Positions 52,190 through 64,000 of a stretch of 64,000 bases of DNA are shown here, one piece after another. Both the position numbers and the translations under genes were made by a program. The DNA comes from Octopus bimaculoides (Eukaryota). The stretch covers positions 2,663,709 through 2,727,708 of the forward strand of contig NC_068984.1 of NCBI RefSeq assembly GCF_001194135.2, written 5' to 3'. The notes below the pieces were generated by a model. The model made no database searches. It worked only from the letters and a program-made list of their open reading frames with translations, and was not told the origin of the DNA. Position 1 is the first letter of the stretch; each line of letters opens with the position of its first letter.

Positions 52190-52600
52190 TCCCAATACAC
52201 CTTTCCTCAAACTCTCACATTGCAAGACCAAATATCAGCAGAGTTTGGCATTTAAACGTCTTCTGTTTTTCTGGTCGTCTTCGTATATAGTTCCTACTTT
52301 CAATTTTCCTACCTCTGCCTTTTACAAACCCACTGACTCCCATTTCTATCTTGATATCCCCTTCTTCCATCTAACTCCTACTCCTACTCCTACCACTTCT
52401 GTGGTCATGAACATCAAATGGTTCAGAATTTTACAAAACATGGCGACCCAACCAAATATCGACGCTGCTTCGAGCTTCCCCCTTTCCTCCACCTACCTCC
52501 AATATCAATCACCTTCAACTGATATCCTTTCCCGACCATCTTATCTTTCCATTGCACCGTCCTCTGTCAATTACATCTCCTCAAGAGGCTTTAGAATGCG
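52190..52600 (+). mobile_element. Penelope/Neptune-like RT C-terminal relic
   Basis: PFL...SAFYKPTDSHFYLD..FH matches the PLE motif Y.KPTDSH.YL...S.HP. Confidence 0.45.
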
Positions 52601-53000
52601 ATCTAAATGCATTTCTCTCTAGCACATCACATCAAACACCTGCAAAATGTTAGAATCAAAGTAGAGCACAGACCGCCAATTCGTTGATCTACCGAGTGAG
52701 ATATCACTAACAATGGAAATAAAGAACGATCAAAAACGATTACGTCTTCCGCCGGAAACACACGCGGTGGACACAAAAGCAGAACATTTAACTCTCAATG
52801 TTCTGCAGTCTTGGATTAGCAAGAATGGTTAAAGTAGACCAAAGAATACATTCTGTAGAGACTCGCACAGAATCCCGTTCCTCTCGATTAAACGAGCAGC
52901 AGTTTTTCTTTTCTATTTTTGGCTGACTCGAAACCAAACGTATCGACATATTTTCTCACAAACTTACATCACATCATCATCATCGTCTCTCTCTTTCTCT

Positions 53001-53048
<48 letters not shown>

Positions 53049-53058
53049 ATATATATAN

Positions 53059-54032
53059 NNNNNNNNNNNNNNNNNNNNNNNNNNNNNNNNNNNNNNNNNN
53101 NNNNNNNNNNNNNNNNNNNNNNNNNNNNNNNNNNNNNNNNNNNNNNNNNNNNNNNNNNNNNNNNNNNNNNNNNNNNNNNNNNNNNNNNNNNNNNNNNNNN
53201 NNNNNNNNNNNNNNNNNNNNNNNNNNNNNNNNNNNNNNNNNNNNNNNNNNNNNNNNNNNNNNNNNNNNNNNNNNNNNNNNNNNNNNNNNNNNNNNNNNNN
53301 NNNNNNNNNNNNNNNNNNNNNNNNNNNNNNNNNNNNNNNNNNNNNNNNNNNNNNNNNNNNNNNNNNNNNNNNNNNNNNNNNNNNNNNNNNNNNNNNNNNN
53401 NNNNNNNNNNNNNNNNNNNNNNNNNNNNNNNNNNNNNNNNNNNNNNNNNNNNNNNNNNNNNNNNNNNNNNNNNNNNNNNNNNNNNNNNNNNNNNNNNNNN
53501 NNNNNNNNNNNNNNNNNNNNNNNNNNNNNNNNNNNNNNNNNNNNNNNNNNNNNNNNNNNNNNNNNNNNNNNNNNNNNNNNNNNNNNNNNNNNNNNNNNNN
53601 NNNNNNNNNNNNNNNNNNNNNNNNNNNNNNNNNNNNNNNNNNNNNNNNNNNNNNNNNNNNNNNNNNNNNNNNNNNNNNNNNNNNNNNNNNNNNNNNNNNN
53701 NNNNNNNNNNNNNNNNNNNNNNNNNNNNNNNNNNNNNNNNNNNNNNNNNNNNNNNNNNNNNNNNNNNNNNNNNNNNNNNNNNNNNNNNNNNNNNNNNNNN
53801 NNNNNNNNNNNNNNNNNNNNNNNNNNNNNNNNNNNNNNNNNNNNNNNNNNNNNNNNNNNNNNNNNNNNNNNNNNNNNNNNNNNNNNNNNNNNNNNNNNNN
53901 NNNNNNNNNNNNNNNNNNNNNNNNNNNNNNNNNNNNNNNNNNNNNNNNNNNNNNNNNNNNNNNNNNNNNNNNNNNNNNNNNNNNNNNNNNNNNNNNNNNN
54001 NNNNNNNNNNNNNNNNNNNNNNNNNNNNNNNN
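53059..54032. other. Assembly gap, one of many N runs
   Basis: N run flanked by (TA)n on both sides, as are most gaps in the window. Confidence 0.99.
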
Positions 54033-54395
54033 ATATATATATATATATATAAATATATATATATAAATATATATATACATATATGTATGTATGTATGTAT
54101 ATATATACGTGTATGTGTGTGAGCGTTTGTACGCACACTGGTGTGTCTGTGTGTATACAGAAAAGGATAGGACACTGAGAAAGAAAGACACACACATATA
54201 TACACGTATACATTTATATGTATATAGATGTATTGCGTGTGCGTGTGTATGTGTGTGTATGTGTATGCCATTATATATGTGGTTATGTGAGCTTGTGTGT
54301 ATGTACCTGAAATTCCTGTGTGAGTTTGTCGCCTCTTTAAGACTGTGATAAACAACTTAATACACGTTAAATCTCTTTCTCTCTCTTTGTCTCTG

Positions 54396-54437
<42 letters not shown>

Positions 54438-54583
54438 AGCTGAGAATTACAGATTAGACTTGATATCTCACCATCATCATCACCATCGTCATGGTGGTAA
54501 AACGTAGTCGTGGTCATGGTCGTCGTGGGGATCTATTTAAGTTGCTATGAAATACAAGTTGTTTCTTTCGATTTCTCTCTTAC

Positions 54584-54778
54584 CTGATTGGTTGACGGAT
54601 TTGATATTTCTTACTCTTTTAGTCGTGTTTTTTTTTTTGTTTTGTGTCCAGACAGAAAAAGTAAAAAAACAAAACAACCGAAAAAACTATAGAATTCAAT
54701 TATATTTCTTTTTGCTTCCCATTGTGTTGAAAGTCGAATCCATCCATGTTTACTGTTTTGAAGACCGAGCGAGTTGTG
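54584..54778 (-). other. Candidate non-coding (5' UTR) exon, 195 nt
   Basis: Roughly 25-nt U tract with ATCAG| acceptor and CAG|GTAAGA donor. All three frames are closed, and it contains two short AUG-initiated ORFs. Confidence 0.45.
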
Positions 54779-55662
54779 CTGATAAAAAAAAACAAAAACA
54801 AAAAAAGAGAGTCAACAGGAGAGGAAGACTTGCAAGAGAAATCAGGATCGGGCTTCGCTTCGATCGCTCGAATGCCACAACAAAGAGCTTCAAGTNNNNN
54901 NNNNNNNNNNNNNNNNNNNNNNNNNNNNNNNNNNNNNNNNNNNNNNNNNNNNNNNNNNNNNNNNNNNNNNNNNNNNNNNNNNNNNNNNNNNNNNNNNNNN
55001 NNNNNNNNNNNNNNNNNNNNNNNNNNNNNNNNNNNNNNNNNNNNNNNNNNNNNNNNNNNNNNNNNNNNNNNNNNNNNNNNNNNNNNNNNNNNNNNNNNNN
55101 NNNNNNNNNNNNNNNNNNNNNNNNNNNNNNNNNNNNNNNNNNNNNNNNNNNNNNNNNNNNNNNNNNNNNNNNNNNNNNNNNNNNNNNNNNNNNNNNNNNN
55201 NNNNNNNNNNNNNNNNNNNNNNNNNNNNNNNNNNNNNNNNNNNNNNNNNNNNNNNNNNNNNNNNNNNNNNNNNNNNNNNNNNNNNNNNNNNNNNNNNNNN
55301 NNNNNNNNNNNNNNNNNNNNNNNNNNNNNNNNNNNNNNNNNNNNNNNNNNNNNNNNNNNNNNNNNNNNNNNNNNNNNNNNNNNNNNNNNNNNNNNNNNNN
55401 NNNNNNNNNNNNNNNNNNNNNNNNNNNNNNNNNNNNNNNNNNNNNNNNNNNNNNNNNNNNNNNNNNNNNNNNNNNNNNNNNNNNNNNNNNNNNNNNNNNN
55501 NNNNNNNNNNNNNNNNNNNNNNNNNNNNNNNNNNNNNNNNNNNTGAGCAGAATATTTACTGTAGCCCATCTTTTATATCAAGACAAAACAATGTACATGA
55601 TAACATTTGCAATCAGTTAAGATCAGAAGCCATGAGAGCCACTGCCTGGTACTGCATCAGGG

Positions 55663-55663
<1 letters not shown>

Positions 55664-55737
<74 letters not shown>

Positions 55738-55766
55738 CATTATTATTAGTAGTAGTAGTAGTAGTA
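55664..55766. repeat. (ATT)n followed by (AGT)n
   Basis: Read directly from the sequence. Confidence 0.95.
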
Positions 55767-56370
55767 TGAGTTACTTGCACCAGCCTTATCGTAGGTGTTC
55801 TTTTGTGATTTCATTGCAATTCGATTGCGAAACCTCTTCTTTATTCTATAATGTGTAGAGTGCAGCTTACCATTTTACCAAGATTATTTTAAAGAATTCT
55901 ATTTTTCGTTTAGAGACACCTTAATTAATTCATCACAGTTTCGGTTTCTCTCGTAAATCTGCTTTAAATCTAGTTTGTTGTCGTAAACGAAATGATATTA
56001 TATTCTTTTTTGTAAGCAATAACTTAGTTCAAGAAAAGTCTGTATAGAAGTATATTTACTTCGATTCGTGCTAATCCAAAGATGTTATCTTTGTAGATTC
56101 TTCGCTTCTTAGAAGAATTAACCACGCACTGTACATGAGAAAGCATACCAGGGCAAACTCCAGATCTGTGTGTCTAACTCTTACTCATTCTTTTAATTTA
56201 TCACAGCACTCGTGGTATTGAGGCAACATGAATCTCCAGCTGCTAATTCACATAATCTATGGTAACAGTACTATTGAGAACGGCATGAACCTCACAACAG
56301 CTTATGCACTTAAGCACGGGACAGCCTGAATCTCACAACAGCTGATTCATTTTTATCTATCATAATAGTG

Positions 56371-56783
56371 GCCTCTTCTGTTTTGAACGGTAATATTTAT
56401 ATAAAGAAACAAAATCTAAAAGAATTTGAGTCTAGAAGTTGTATTCTATTTTTATTTCAAAGATATTCCCTTCACCATTTCGTGCTCATACTTCACATTA
56501 GCTTACTATTGTCTCTTTTGAAATATGAAAATATTTTTTCTTTTCGAAAACAAACTAGTATTGCTGCTTCTTATATTAACACATATTTTTGTGGAGTATA
56601 ATCAGTTGAAGGAACGCCACTGCGTCTCTAGAAATTCATCGCATACAAGAAATGATATTTCTGTCTTGAACAGAAATATTTATGTTAAGGAACAGAATCT
56701 AAAAGAATTTGAGTTCTGAAGTTGTATTCGATTTTTATTTCAAAGATACTCCTTTCATCATTTCTTGCTCATATTTCAACTAA
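56371..56783 (+). repeat. Diverged direct repeat of about 125 bp (56371-56500 and 56658-56783)
   Basis: Both units contain AATCTAAAAGAATTTGAGT..GAAGTTGTATTC.ATTTTTATTTCAAAGATA.TCC.TTCA.CATTTC.TGCTCATA.TTCA. Confidence 0.85.
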
Positions 56784-57634
56784 AAGGAGAAAGTCAACTT
56801 CAGTAGAAAGTCAACTTCATATTTTAAACACCAACAGACAGTCTAGCAATGTATTATCTCACACCACCGCCGCCACCTTTTTTTCTGCCGCATAAAATCA
56901 TTGTTGAAATAATAAAAATCACTGAATAAGACGTATGACTGAGTGAAGGCGTTAAATAAGAAGTACAATGTCCCGCGTACTCTAATTAGTTCAATAGTAG
57001 TCCTATTGAAAATGTTCAAGTAATAAGCAAGGCCTACAACGTCTGCCAAAGTTCGGCCAATCCTAAAATCTTGATGGTGTTTATCTAGCAAGGTAATATG
57101 TGTTAGACTATTATCTGAACTGCAGAAATCTCGAAGTAATCCCTTCCTTACAAACTGCAGCCAAGCGATTTGATCCCTCACTCAAGGGATTTCTACAAGC
57201 TTTGCATAAATCTCTTTTCTTCTATTTTACAAAACACAACAGTTCTCTGAAGAGTACCTTACAAAGAAAATCTTCCCCGAACGTGGCCTTCCCGCACGTG
57301 GTAAATCAGTCACAGCCTCCTGTTGTTCAAACCACTGGAATAAGTTGAGTATCGCATGTTCAGATGATGGTTGTCTGACCCCAAAATGGTGAATGTAAGG
57401 TCATTGGGTTAGGACAATTGATCGCTGATTTTGTAGATGAAATTCGATTACTTTTATTAGTTTCCCAGTTGAGAATTTTTTTTCCATGATTGTTTTCCAA
57501 GAATTACACGTCAACAATCTGAAACAGAATAATTGAAAAAATAAACGGTGAAAACGTTATTATATTTAATAATGGTCTACTGACTAGTGGGCCAACATAT
57601 ATATACATAGATACATAGATACATATACATACAT

Positions 57635-57726
<92 letters not shown>

Positions 57727-57791
57727 ATATTTATATACATACATACATACATATATACATACATATATATATATATATACATACATACATA

Positions 57792-57856
<65 letters not shown>

Positions 57857-57857
<1 letters not shown>

Positions 57858-60245
57858 ATCTGTAATCTTTAAATCTTTAATTTGTTTCAGCTTCATAGCC
57901 GCGGTCAGGCTGGGGCACCACCGTTGACTGTGCTGCACCATTATTTGAAACTTCCTCTGATATGTGGCACTTTGTGAATTAAGGCATCGATGCCGCTGCC
58001 TCATCTGTGTTTCCTGCCGTGAGGTAGAATTATCCGGAATCCCTGACAGAAGGAGATGCAGTTTTGTTTCGAAGACGCCTACATCCACACCACGCAGGTC
58101 TCTCAGACATTTTGGAAGGATATTTAAGAGCTGTGGGCCCTTAAAGCCCAAGCTGTTGCAGTATCTCTGGTCCTGTATTTTAATTGTGATGCTGAGATCT
58201 TTGGCACTATGCAGTGGCGTCCCGTTCTGCTGTTTGTGTAACTTTCAATGCCAAAGTTTGGTACAAGGCCTTCCAGGGTTCTCCACATGTATATCACTGC
58301 ATATCTTTCTCGCCTTCAGTTTAGTCTTTCCCAATAGCTGATACGTTGCATTGAGACAATTTTCTTTGTGTAGCTTCGTTGGATTGCTTCCAGTTCGCCG
58401 TTAATTTTATATTGTGTGGTGACCATAGCTAGGCGCAGTAGTCCGAGCGGCTGAGGACGTATGCCCTTCAAAGGACCATCATTGTTTCCTTTCTCTTGTT
58501 TTGAAAGTTCAGAGGATCCATCCACCTAGCCGACTGCATTCTATTATCAAATTGGTAATAAGCATTTGGAAAGATGCATCATTGCTCATGTCAATACCCA
58601 GGTCACGCACTGATTTTAATTTAGGGATTGCAATTCCTCCAGGGTCAGTGTATCCTGTCAGCATGTCGTTCAGCTTTGTGTGCTGGTAGCGCAGGGCTTG
58701 GAATTTTCTTGCATTAATCTTCCCACCTGTATACTGCGTCCAACTACCGTTGCAGACGTGCAATATTTCAAGGATTTTGCATTGCTTGAGGGACTTTTGT
58801 GTCATCTGCATAGCTAGCAAGGGTGGCTGAGCAGGTGAGAGCATGTCTGAGAAAGCCATTATGAATAGCAGTGGCCCTAAGACAGAGCCCTGTGGAACAC
58901 TACTCGCTATTTGTGTTTCCTTGGCGGTGGCTCCACTGGCTACCAGTGCCTGATATCTATCTTTTAGAAAGTCGTGCAGCCACTCTCCAAGTTTTCCAAC
59001 CATGTCAAGATCATGCAGTTTGTGACATATGATACCATGGTCGACTTTGTCAAAGACTTCTGCGAAGTCAAGATATATCCCATCCACACCTGTGTCATTT
59101 AACAAATGTTTTAACACCCAATCACAGTGTTACAAGAGCCGTGTCAGGGAAGCTTCTACCTGGTCGAAATCCATGCTGGGTGTCAGTCAGCAAGTCATTT
59201 TCTTCAAGGGACGTGACCAGTATCTGGCGTTCTGTTCGTTCCATAACTTTGTTGATGTGTGAGGTCAGAGAGATTTTTAGCATCTGCTCTGCGTCCTCCC
59301 TTATGGATAGGGGCATATTATCCCTTCCTTGAGTTTGTCTAGGAGCTCACCACTTGCAAGAGAGCTCTGAAAAAGAAGCTGCAGTGGTTTTGCAAGGGCT
59401 CATTTGCACGGCTAGCAACTGAGTTTGTGTCAATCTCATCTATGGCCAGTGTTACATTTTCTTCTTCAATGTTGATGCAATCAATTTTCACCTTTTTGTC
59501 TATAGGTAAAGTGGCAAAGAATTCTGTTGGTTTATTCACTTGCCTGTGTCCCAGAGGTGTACTGAACACACTTTGGGACTGTTCGTTCAGTATTTCACTT
59601 ATCCTCATTAGGTTTCCTATGAGGGAGTCATCTTTTTGGAAGAGGATCTTGTGGCGTATTGAGGCTGTTTCTTTGGCAAAGTTAAAGAAAGTTTTACGCT
59701 TCGACTTGATATTTTCTATAACCCAAGCTTCTTTATCTGCTCTCTCCTTTTCGTGACATTGATGCAGGCTTTTCTCAATCTCCAATAACGTTCTCCTCAG
59801 GCGAGATTTCTCACCACTTTTGGGGTGCTGACTCAGGCGGTTCGCAATCTTTGTCCGTCGTCTAATAAGGATCTTCCTTTCCTTAGGGTCCTGTTTTTGT
59901 GTATGTTGGCCCTGCGCACTGGGACAGATTTGTCACATATGGCTTGAATTATGGACATGAAATGTTTGTGCTTCATGTCAATGTCTGGTGTGGAGTGACA
60001 TTTAGGCCAATCCTGTTTGAAGATCTCTTTCTCAATCAACTTCCAGTTTGCTTTACGAAAATTTAGTTTGGAGAGATTTTGGGTGCTTCGTATAGGCTGT
60101 GTGCCTGCATAAGCTTTTGGTCCATACATAAACAGCTCTATTATGTTGTGATCTGAGACCAGCGTCAGTGTCACTTTAACATTATGGACAATGTCCATGT
60201 TGTTTATAAAGTAGAGATCCAGTATATTATTTACCCTGGTTCGTT
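57857..60245 (-). mobile_element. 5'-truncated CR1-type LINE (end of APE, RT, 3' UTR stem-loop and tail), inactivated by frameshifts and stops
   Basis: TRVNNILDLYFINN..SDHN, QHGFRPGRS, GIYLDFAEVFDKVDHG, VPQGSVLGPLLF, RDLGIDM, and an (AAAGATTT)-like tail at 57857-57880. Confidence 0.95.
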
Positions 60246-60555
60246 GTGGCCCAATTTGCTCCTTGAAAGACGGAAAATGGAATATACAAGAATTTATTAC
60301 TAATCACGACAATTGTATGTGCGTGTGAGTGTGTGTGTATGAGTACATAATATACAGACATATATACATATGTGTGTGTGCGTGCGCGCGTGTATAGAAA
60401 GTTGAAAAGTAACACAGGAGTTGATATATATAAGGAAAATAGAACAAGGTAGAAAATGCTAAAATAATTTTATCATGAAGAACATTTTAGTACCAGTTTT
60501 AGTCTTTTCGACTTTTTCAACTTAGAATAAAGTAAGAAAAACAGTTAACTGTAGA

Positions 60556-60765
60556 AATTGTGGAAAAATTAAATGAAAAGTTTTTCAAAAATATTCCCAT
60601 AGTCTTGAAATAGGTAGGGCATTTTCCTTTTTTTCCTGTCTTTCTCTCTTTTATTTCGTGAAGGCTAGGTAGATAGTAGCAGATCTGAAAAAGGAAAACG
60701 TCCTACCTATTTCAAGACTATGGAAATATTTTTGAAAAACTTTTCATTTAATTTTTCCACAATTT
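60556..60765. repeat. Fold-back palindrome P4 (arms about 78 bp, nearly identical; spacer about 55 bp)
   Basis: AATTGTGGAAAAATTAAATGAAAAGTTTTTCAAAAATATT.CCATAGTCTTGAAATAGGTAGG and its reverse complement at 60688-60765. Confidence 0.95.
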
Positions 60766-61119
60766 AATTGTTTTCTTTTCACTCTTGTCAATGAAATGTA
60801 CCTTATATATAATTCAATCAGCACGTTACATATAAAGCTACAGCTTTATTGAGTTCGTTCAGAGTTGCCTCTCTTAGGTACATCTCATTGACGAGAGCCA
60901 AGTAGCTTGAAACATCAATGTCCGGGATTCCTAATAGATGGCGACACTGTATGAAGCGGATGTTTTCACACCTTTTTTTAGCAGTTGAAATATCTGACAA
61001 AATGTTTTCAAATTACCTAATTCTGCTTATACTTACACACTGCTTCGAGCTGACACTTCGTTATATATACATATATATATATATTCACATATTTGTATAT
61101 ACACATACATCTTACACAT

Positions 61120-61176
<57 letters not shown>

Positions 61177-61186
61177 NNNNNNNNNN

Positions 61187-61221
<35 letters not shown>

Positions 61222-61605
61222 CTAGCAGCTAAGCCCAGTTTCACTCAATCGGTTTGGATGATGTGGCTGTAAAACCTGCTCTGTGTAAGCATTCGACTTG
61301 TTTGGGCACGCTTACGTTAAAACATTTTTTAGAATTACGTTTTTCGGTCAAAACTCTAACCGAGCATGACATCACCTCTTCCTTCCTTATCCATCTATCA
61401 CCCCTTCCTTTCTCATTCACAAACACAGGAATATTATTATAGTAGATTATCTCGGTAACCATGGGAGCTATGAAAATACAAAGCCCAGCATCACCACCGG
61501 ATCATTCTACACATCTGTGTAATTTTTCGCGCAATTCCACCGAACCGTTTGACCGTGAATCCCAAGACAAGAAAGAATCGCCCATGTGAAATTTATATGT
61601 ATAGA
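61222..61605 (-). mobile_element. Non-autonomous Helitron-like element
   Basis: Minus strand begins A|TCTATACATATAAA and ends ..GCTTAGCTG-CTAG|T, giving an A^T insertion site. The subterminal hairpin is degraded. Confidence 0.55.
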
Positions 61606-61813
61606 TTATTAAGATCGATACGAAAAGCATATGAACAAATATAGACAAATAAATAGCATACCTTATAAATCTTGCATGTTATTTTCACAAATTAGAAGCA
61701 TTAAGACAGACTGACGGACAGATGAACAGACCCACAGACAGACAAATAGACAGAGAAATAACGGGGGTGTAAGAAAGTGAGAGAGCAAGGGATAGAGAAA
61801 GAAAGAAAGAGAG

Positions 61814-61850
<37 letters not shown>

Positions 61851-62841
61851 CAACAATGGTGACAAGTATATTCACACACCGGATAATATGAAAGAAATAT
61901 AATAAATATTATCTAATATAATAAAAAGGAACATAATGAAGATATCCCACCCCCATTCGTTAATTTCCTTCCAACCACAATAAATGATAAATGAAATATA
62001 TCAGATAAGGTTTACACTTTGTAAAATATAGTTTAATGCACTGAGCAGAATTTCTATTACGATATTTATTTATTCACCTTCGCACAAACACATTGCTGTT
62101 GTGCGGGAGATTAACTTTTATCGGGCAGCTTATTCACCATTATCTACATACATACGTGTGTGTTTCCATACACACATACTCACTCTTTCTCTTTCTCTCT
62201 CCTTCTCTCTCTCTCTCTCTTTCTTTCTTTCTCTCTTTCTCTCTCTCTCTCTTTCTCACTCTCTCTCTAACTCTCTCCCTCTCTCTCTTTCTCACACACA
62301 TCTACTCACACATCAACATACTCACTCACTCACTCACTCACTCACTCACTCACTCACACGCACATATACACATATACATATATATGCATATAGATGCATC
62401 ATGTATACGCCTGTTTTATTAAAAACACGACTATGTTCTAGTTTAATCTTTTTTTATATTATATTTTTTCATATATTTTTATTACCTTTTTACAGTTGGT
62501 TTGGAAGGTGTAGGGTTCCTAAATCCAACGTTTCTACCCAATCAGAGATGCAATATCAAGGATTCAAATGAATATATTTAGCATTTGTATTCTTTCTTAA
62601 ATCCTGATTGAATTTGTGTAGACTTTCCCGCCAAAAGTTTATCGATCTGTTGGCATTGTGCCACAAGTGGCGTTCTTCGCTAATCGATACTGGAACGATT
62701 TCATCATCTTCCTCCAATATATTGTGTTTTTAAAAACTGCACGTCTATATGAGAAGTTATTTCTGGACGAATATTGCAGTAACTTGACTGTTAACGATGT
62801 ATATACCTAAAGTATGATAAAATAGATGACTATGTGTGCGT

Positions 62842-62903
<62 letters not shown>

Positions 62904-62949
62904 NNNNNNNNNNNNNNNNNNNNNTATATATATATGATATGTATGGAAC

Positions 62950-63037
62950 ACGGGTAGCTCTCCAGCAGGCCAGTTCCTGTCAAACCGTCCAGCCCATGTC
63001 AGCATGGAAAACGAACATTAAATGATGATAATGATAT

Positions 63038-63084
<47 letters not shown>

Positions 63085-63100
63085 TAATTATAATAATAAT
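62950..63100 (+). mobile_element. Short 3' end of a retroposon (RTE-like) with a (TGA)/(TAA)n tail
   Basis: CCAGTTCCTGTCAAACCGTCCAGCCCATGTCAGCATGGAAAACGAACATTAAATGATGATAAT, then (AAT)n. The family assignment is from memory. Confidence 0.4.
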
Positions 63101-63680
63101 TTCTTAAGTAACGAGAAGATAGATTTGGTATTAATCTTAAATTTGTACAACGGTCGTTTCGACCCATCCTGCTACTGCCCCTTATAGGTGGGGCTCCGTT
63201 CAACATGTGTCGCATCCATGCAGTCTGGGTTTCATCGAGTACATCCATACATAAATTAATATTATCTTTCTATAAGAATAGCAAACCTTTGTAAATACAG
63301 ACAAATAACTGTTGATTAAAAAAACAAAATTAGGAGAAGTGAATGGATGGACAGAGATGGATTGAGTTACATTGGGTTTAAAACAAGGGAATGGTACTAG
63401 AAAAAGGAAGGGAAAGATACATATGCAGGTTAGAATGTCTAGGGGGTGAAAGGTTGTTTAGCTAATTTAAGTCGGAATGTGTATACATACATTCACACAT
63501 CCACGCTCGTACATACACTCACACAAGGGACGTTGGTCCACTCGCCCATATGGTCCATTCCGGCCGTAGTTCGTATAAGTTATGGCTGGAAGATAATCTC
63601 ACCATAAGCCTGTCATGTTGATGATATAGATGCAGAGCGAGTCAGACTGTCTGCGAAATGCCCAAGTCTTCGTGTGATTT

Positions 63681-63890
63681 TTTTCTTCTCTGTGCACAAG
63701 ACCCGAATATTTGGAGAGTTGCGGGGAGTGGTGTGCAGAGTCGATTATATCGACCCAGTAGGCAACTGGTACTTAATTTATCGACTCCGAAAAGATGAAA
63801 GGCAAAGTCGACGTCGGCGGAATTTGAACTCAGAACGTAAAGACAGACGAAATACCACTAAGCATTTCGCCCGGCGTGCTAACGTTTCTT
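63681..63890 (-). mobile_element. SINE family 2, head clipped by the next copy
   Basis: ATCGACCCAGT..GGTACTTAATTTATCGACTCCGAAAAGATGAAAGGCAAAGTCGAC..GGAATTTGAACTC (B box). Confidence 0.9.
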
Positions 63891-64000
63891 ATTTCTTTAT
63901 TGCCCACAAGGAGCTAAACATAGAGGGGACAAACAAGGACAGAAAAACGGATTAAGTCGATTAAATCGACTCCAGTGCGTAACTGGTACTTATTTAATTG
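63889..64000 (-). mobile_element. SINE family 2 (different tail), continuing past the window end
   Basis: TATTTCTTTATTGCCCACAAG..GGATTAAGTCGATTAAATCGACTCCAGTGCGTAACTGGTACTTA. Confidence 0.85.

Noticed and set aside
57352-57410. Degenerate hammerhead CAGATGA-T-GGT..ACC-CCAAAA
   Set aside because: The invariant U4 and G12 positions are altered and stem I is poor.
61912-62510. Third Helitron (TCTAATATAATAAAAG) or an inverted-repeat element using TTCCTTCCAACC / GGTTTGGAAGG
   Set aside because: There is no hairpin-CTAG end, and the inverted match is only about 11 bp.

Overview
This is AT-rich, microsatellite-saturated eukaryotic DNA with many N gaps, most of them flanked by (TA)n or similar tracts. 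The SINE and LINE families look like those of an octopus-type cephalopod genome, which is an inference from repeat style and not a database result. No intact protein-coding gene, rRNA, true tRNA or CRISPR array is visible, and almost all ORFs in the supplied track are microsatellite or N-run artefacts. The recognisable content is decayed mobile DNA: about 9 copies of tRNA-headed SINE family 1 (with an internal microsatellite), about 6 of SINE family 2, CR1-, Jockey-, RTE- and R4/Dong-type LINE relics, Penelope-like element (PLE) relics, non-autonomous Helitron-like elements, and at least 6 fold-back palindromes. The strongest unusual signal is a set of minimal type I hammerhead ribozyme folds tied to the palindromes. 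One is fully formed at 40563-40613 (-) with a G3-C8 core swap, and a head-to-head pair at about 13917-14003 has U3-A8. Two other palindromes have an arm boundary at a GAAAC/GAAGC-xGCT-GT helix-III-like motif. Other points of interest are an R4/Dong-like LINE apparently inserting into (CATA)n, a SINE/CR1 pair sharing a 3' stem-loop tail, a Helitron head-to-tail CTAG|TC junction, and short minus-strand exon candidates that splice in phase into a signal-peptide-like N-terminus. The gene model is speculative.
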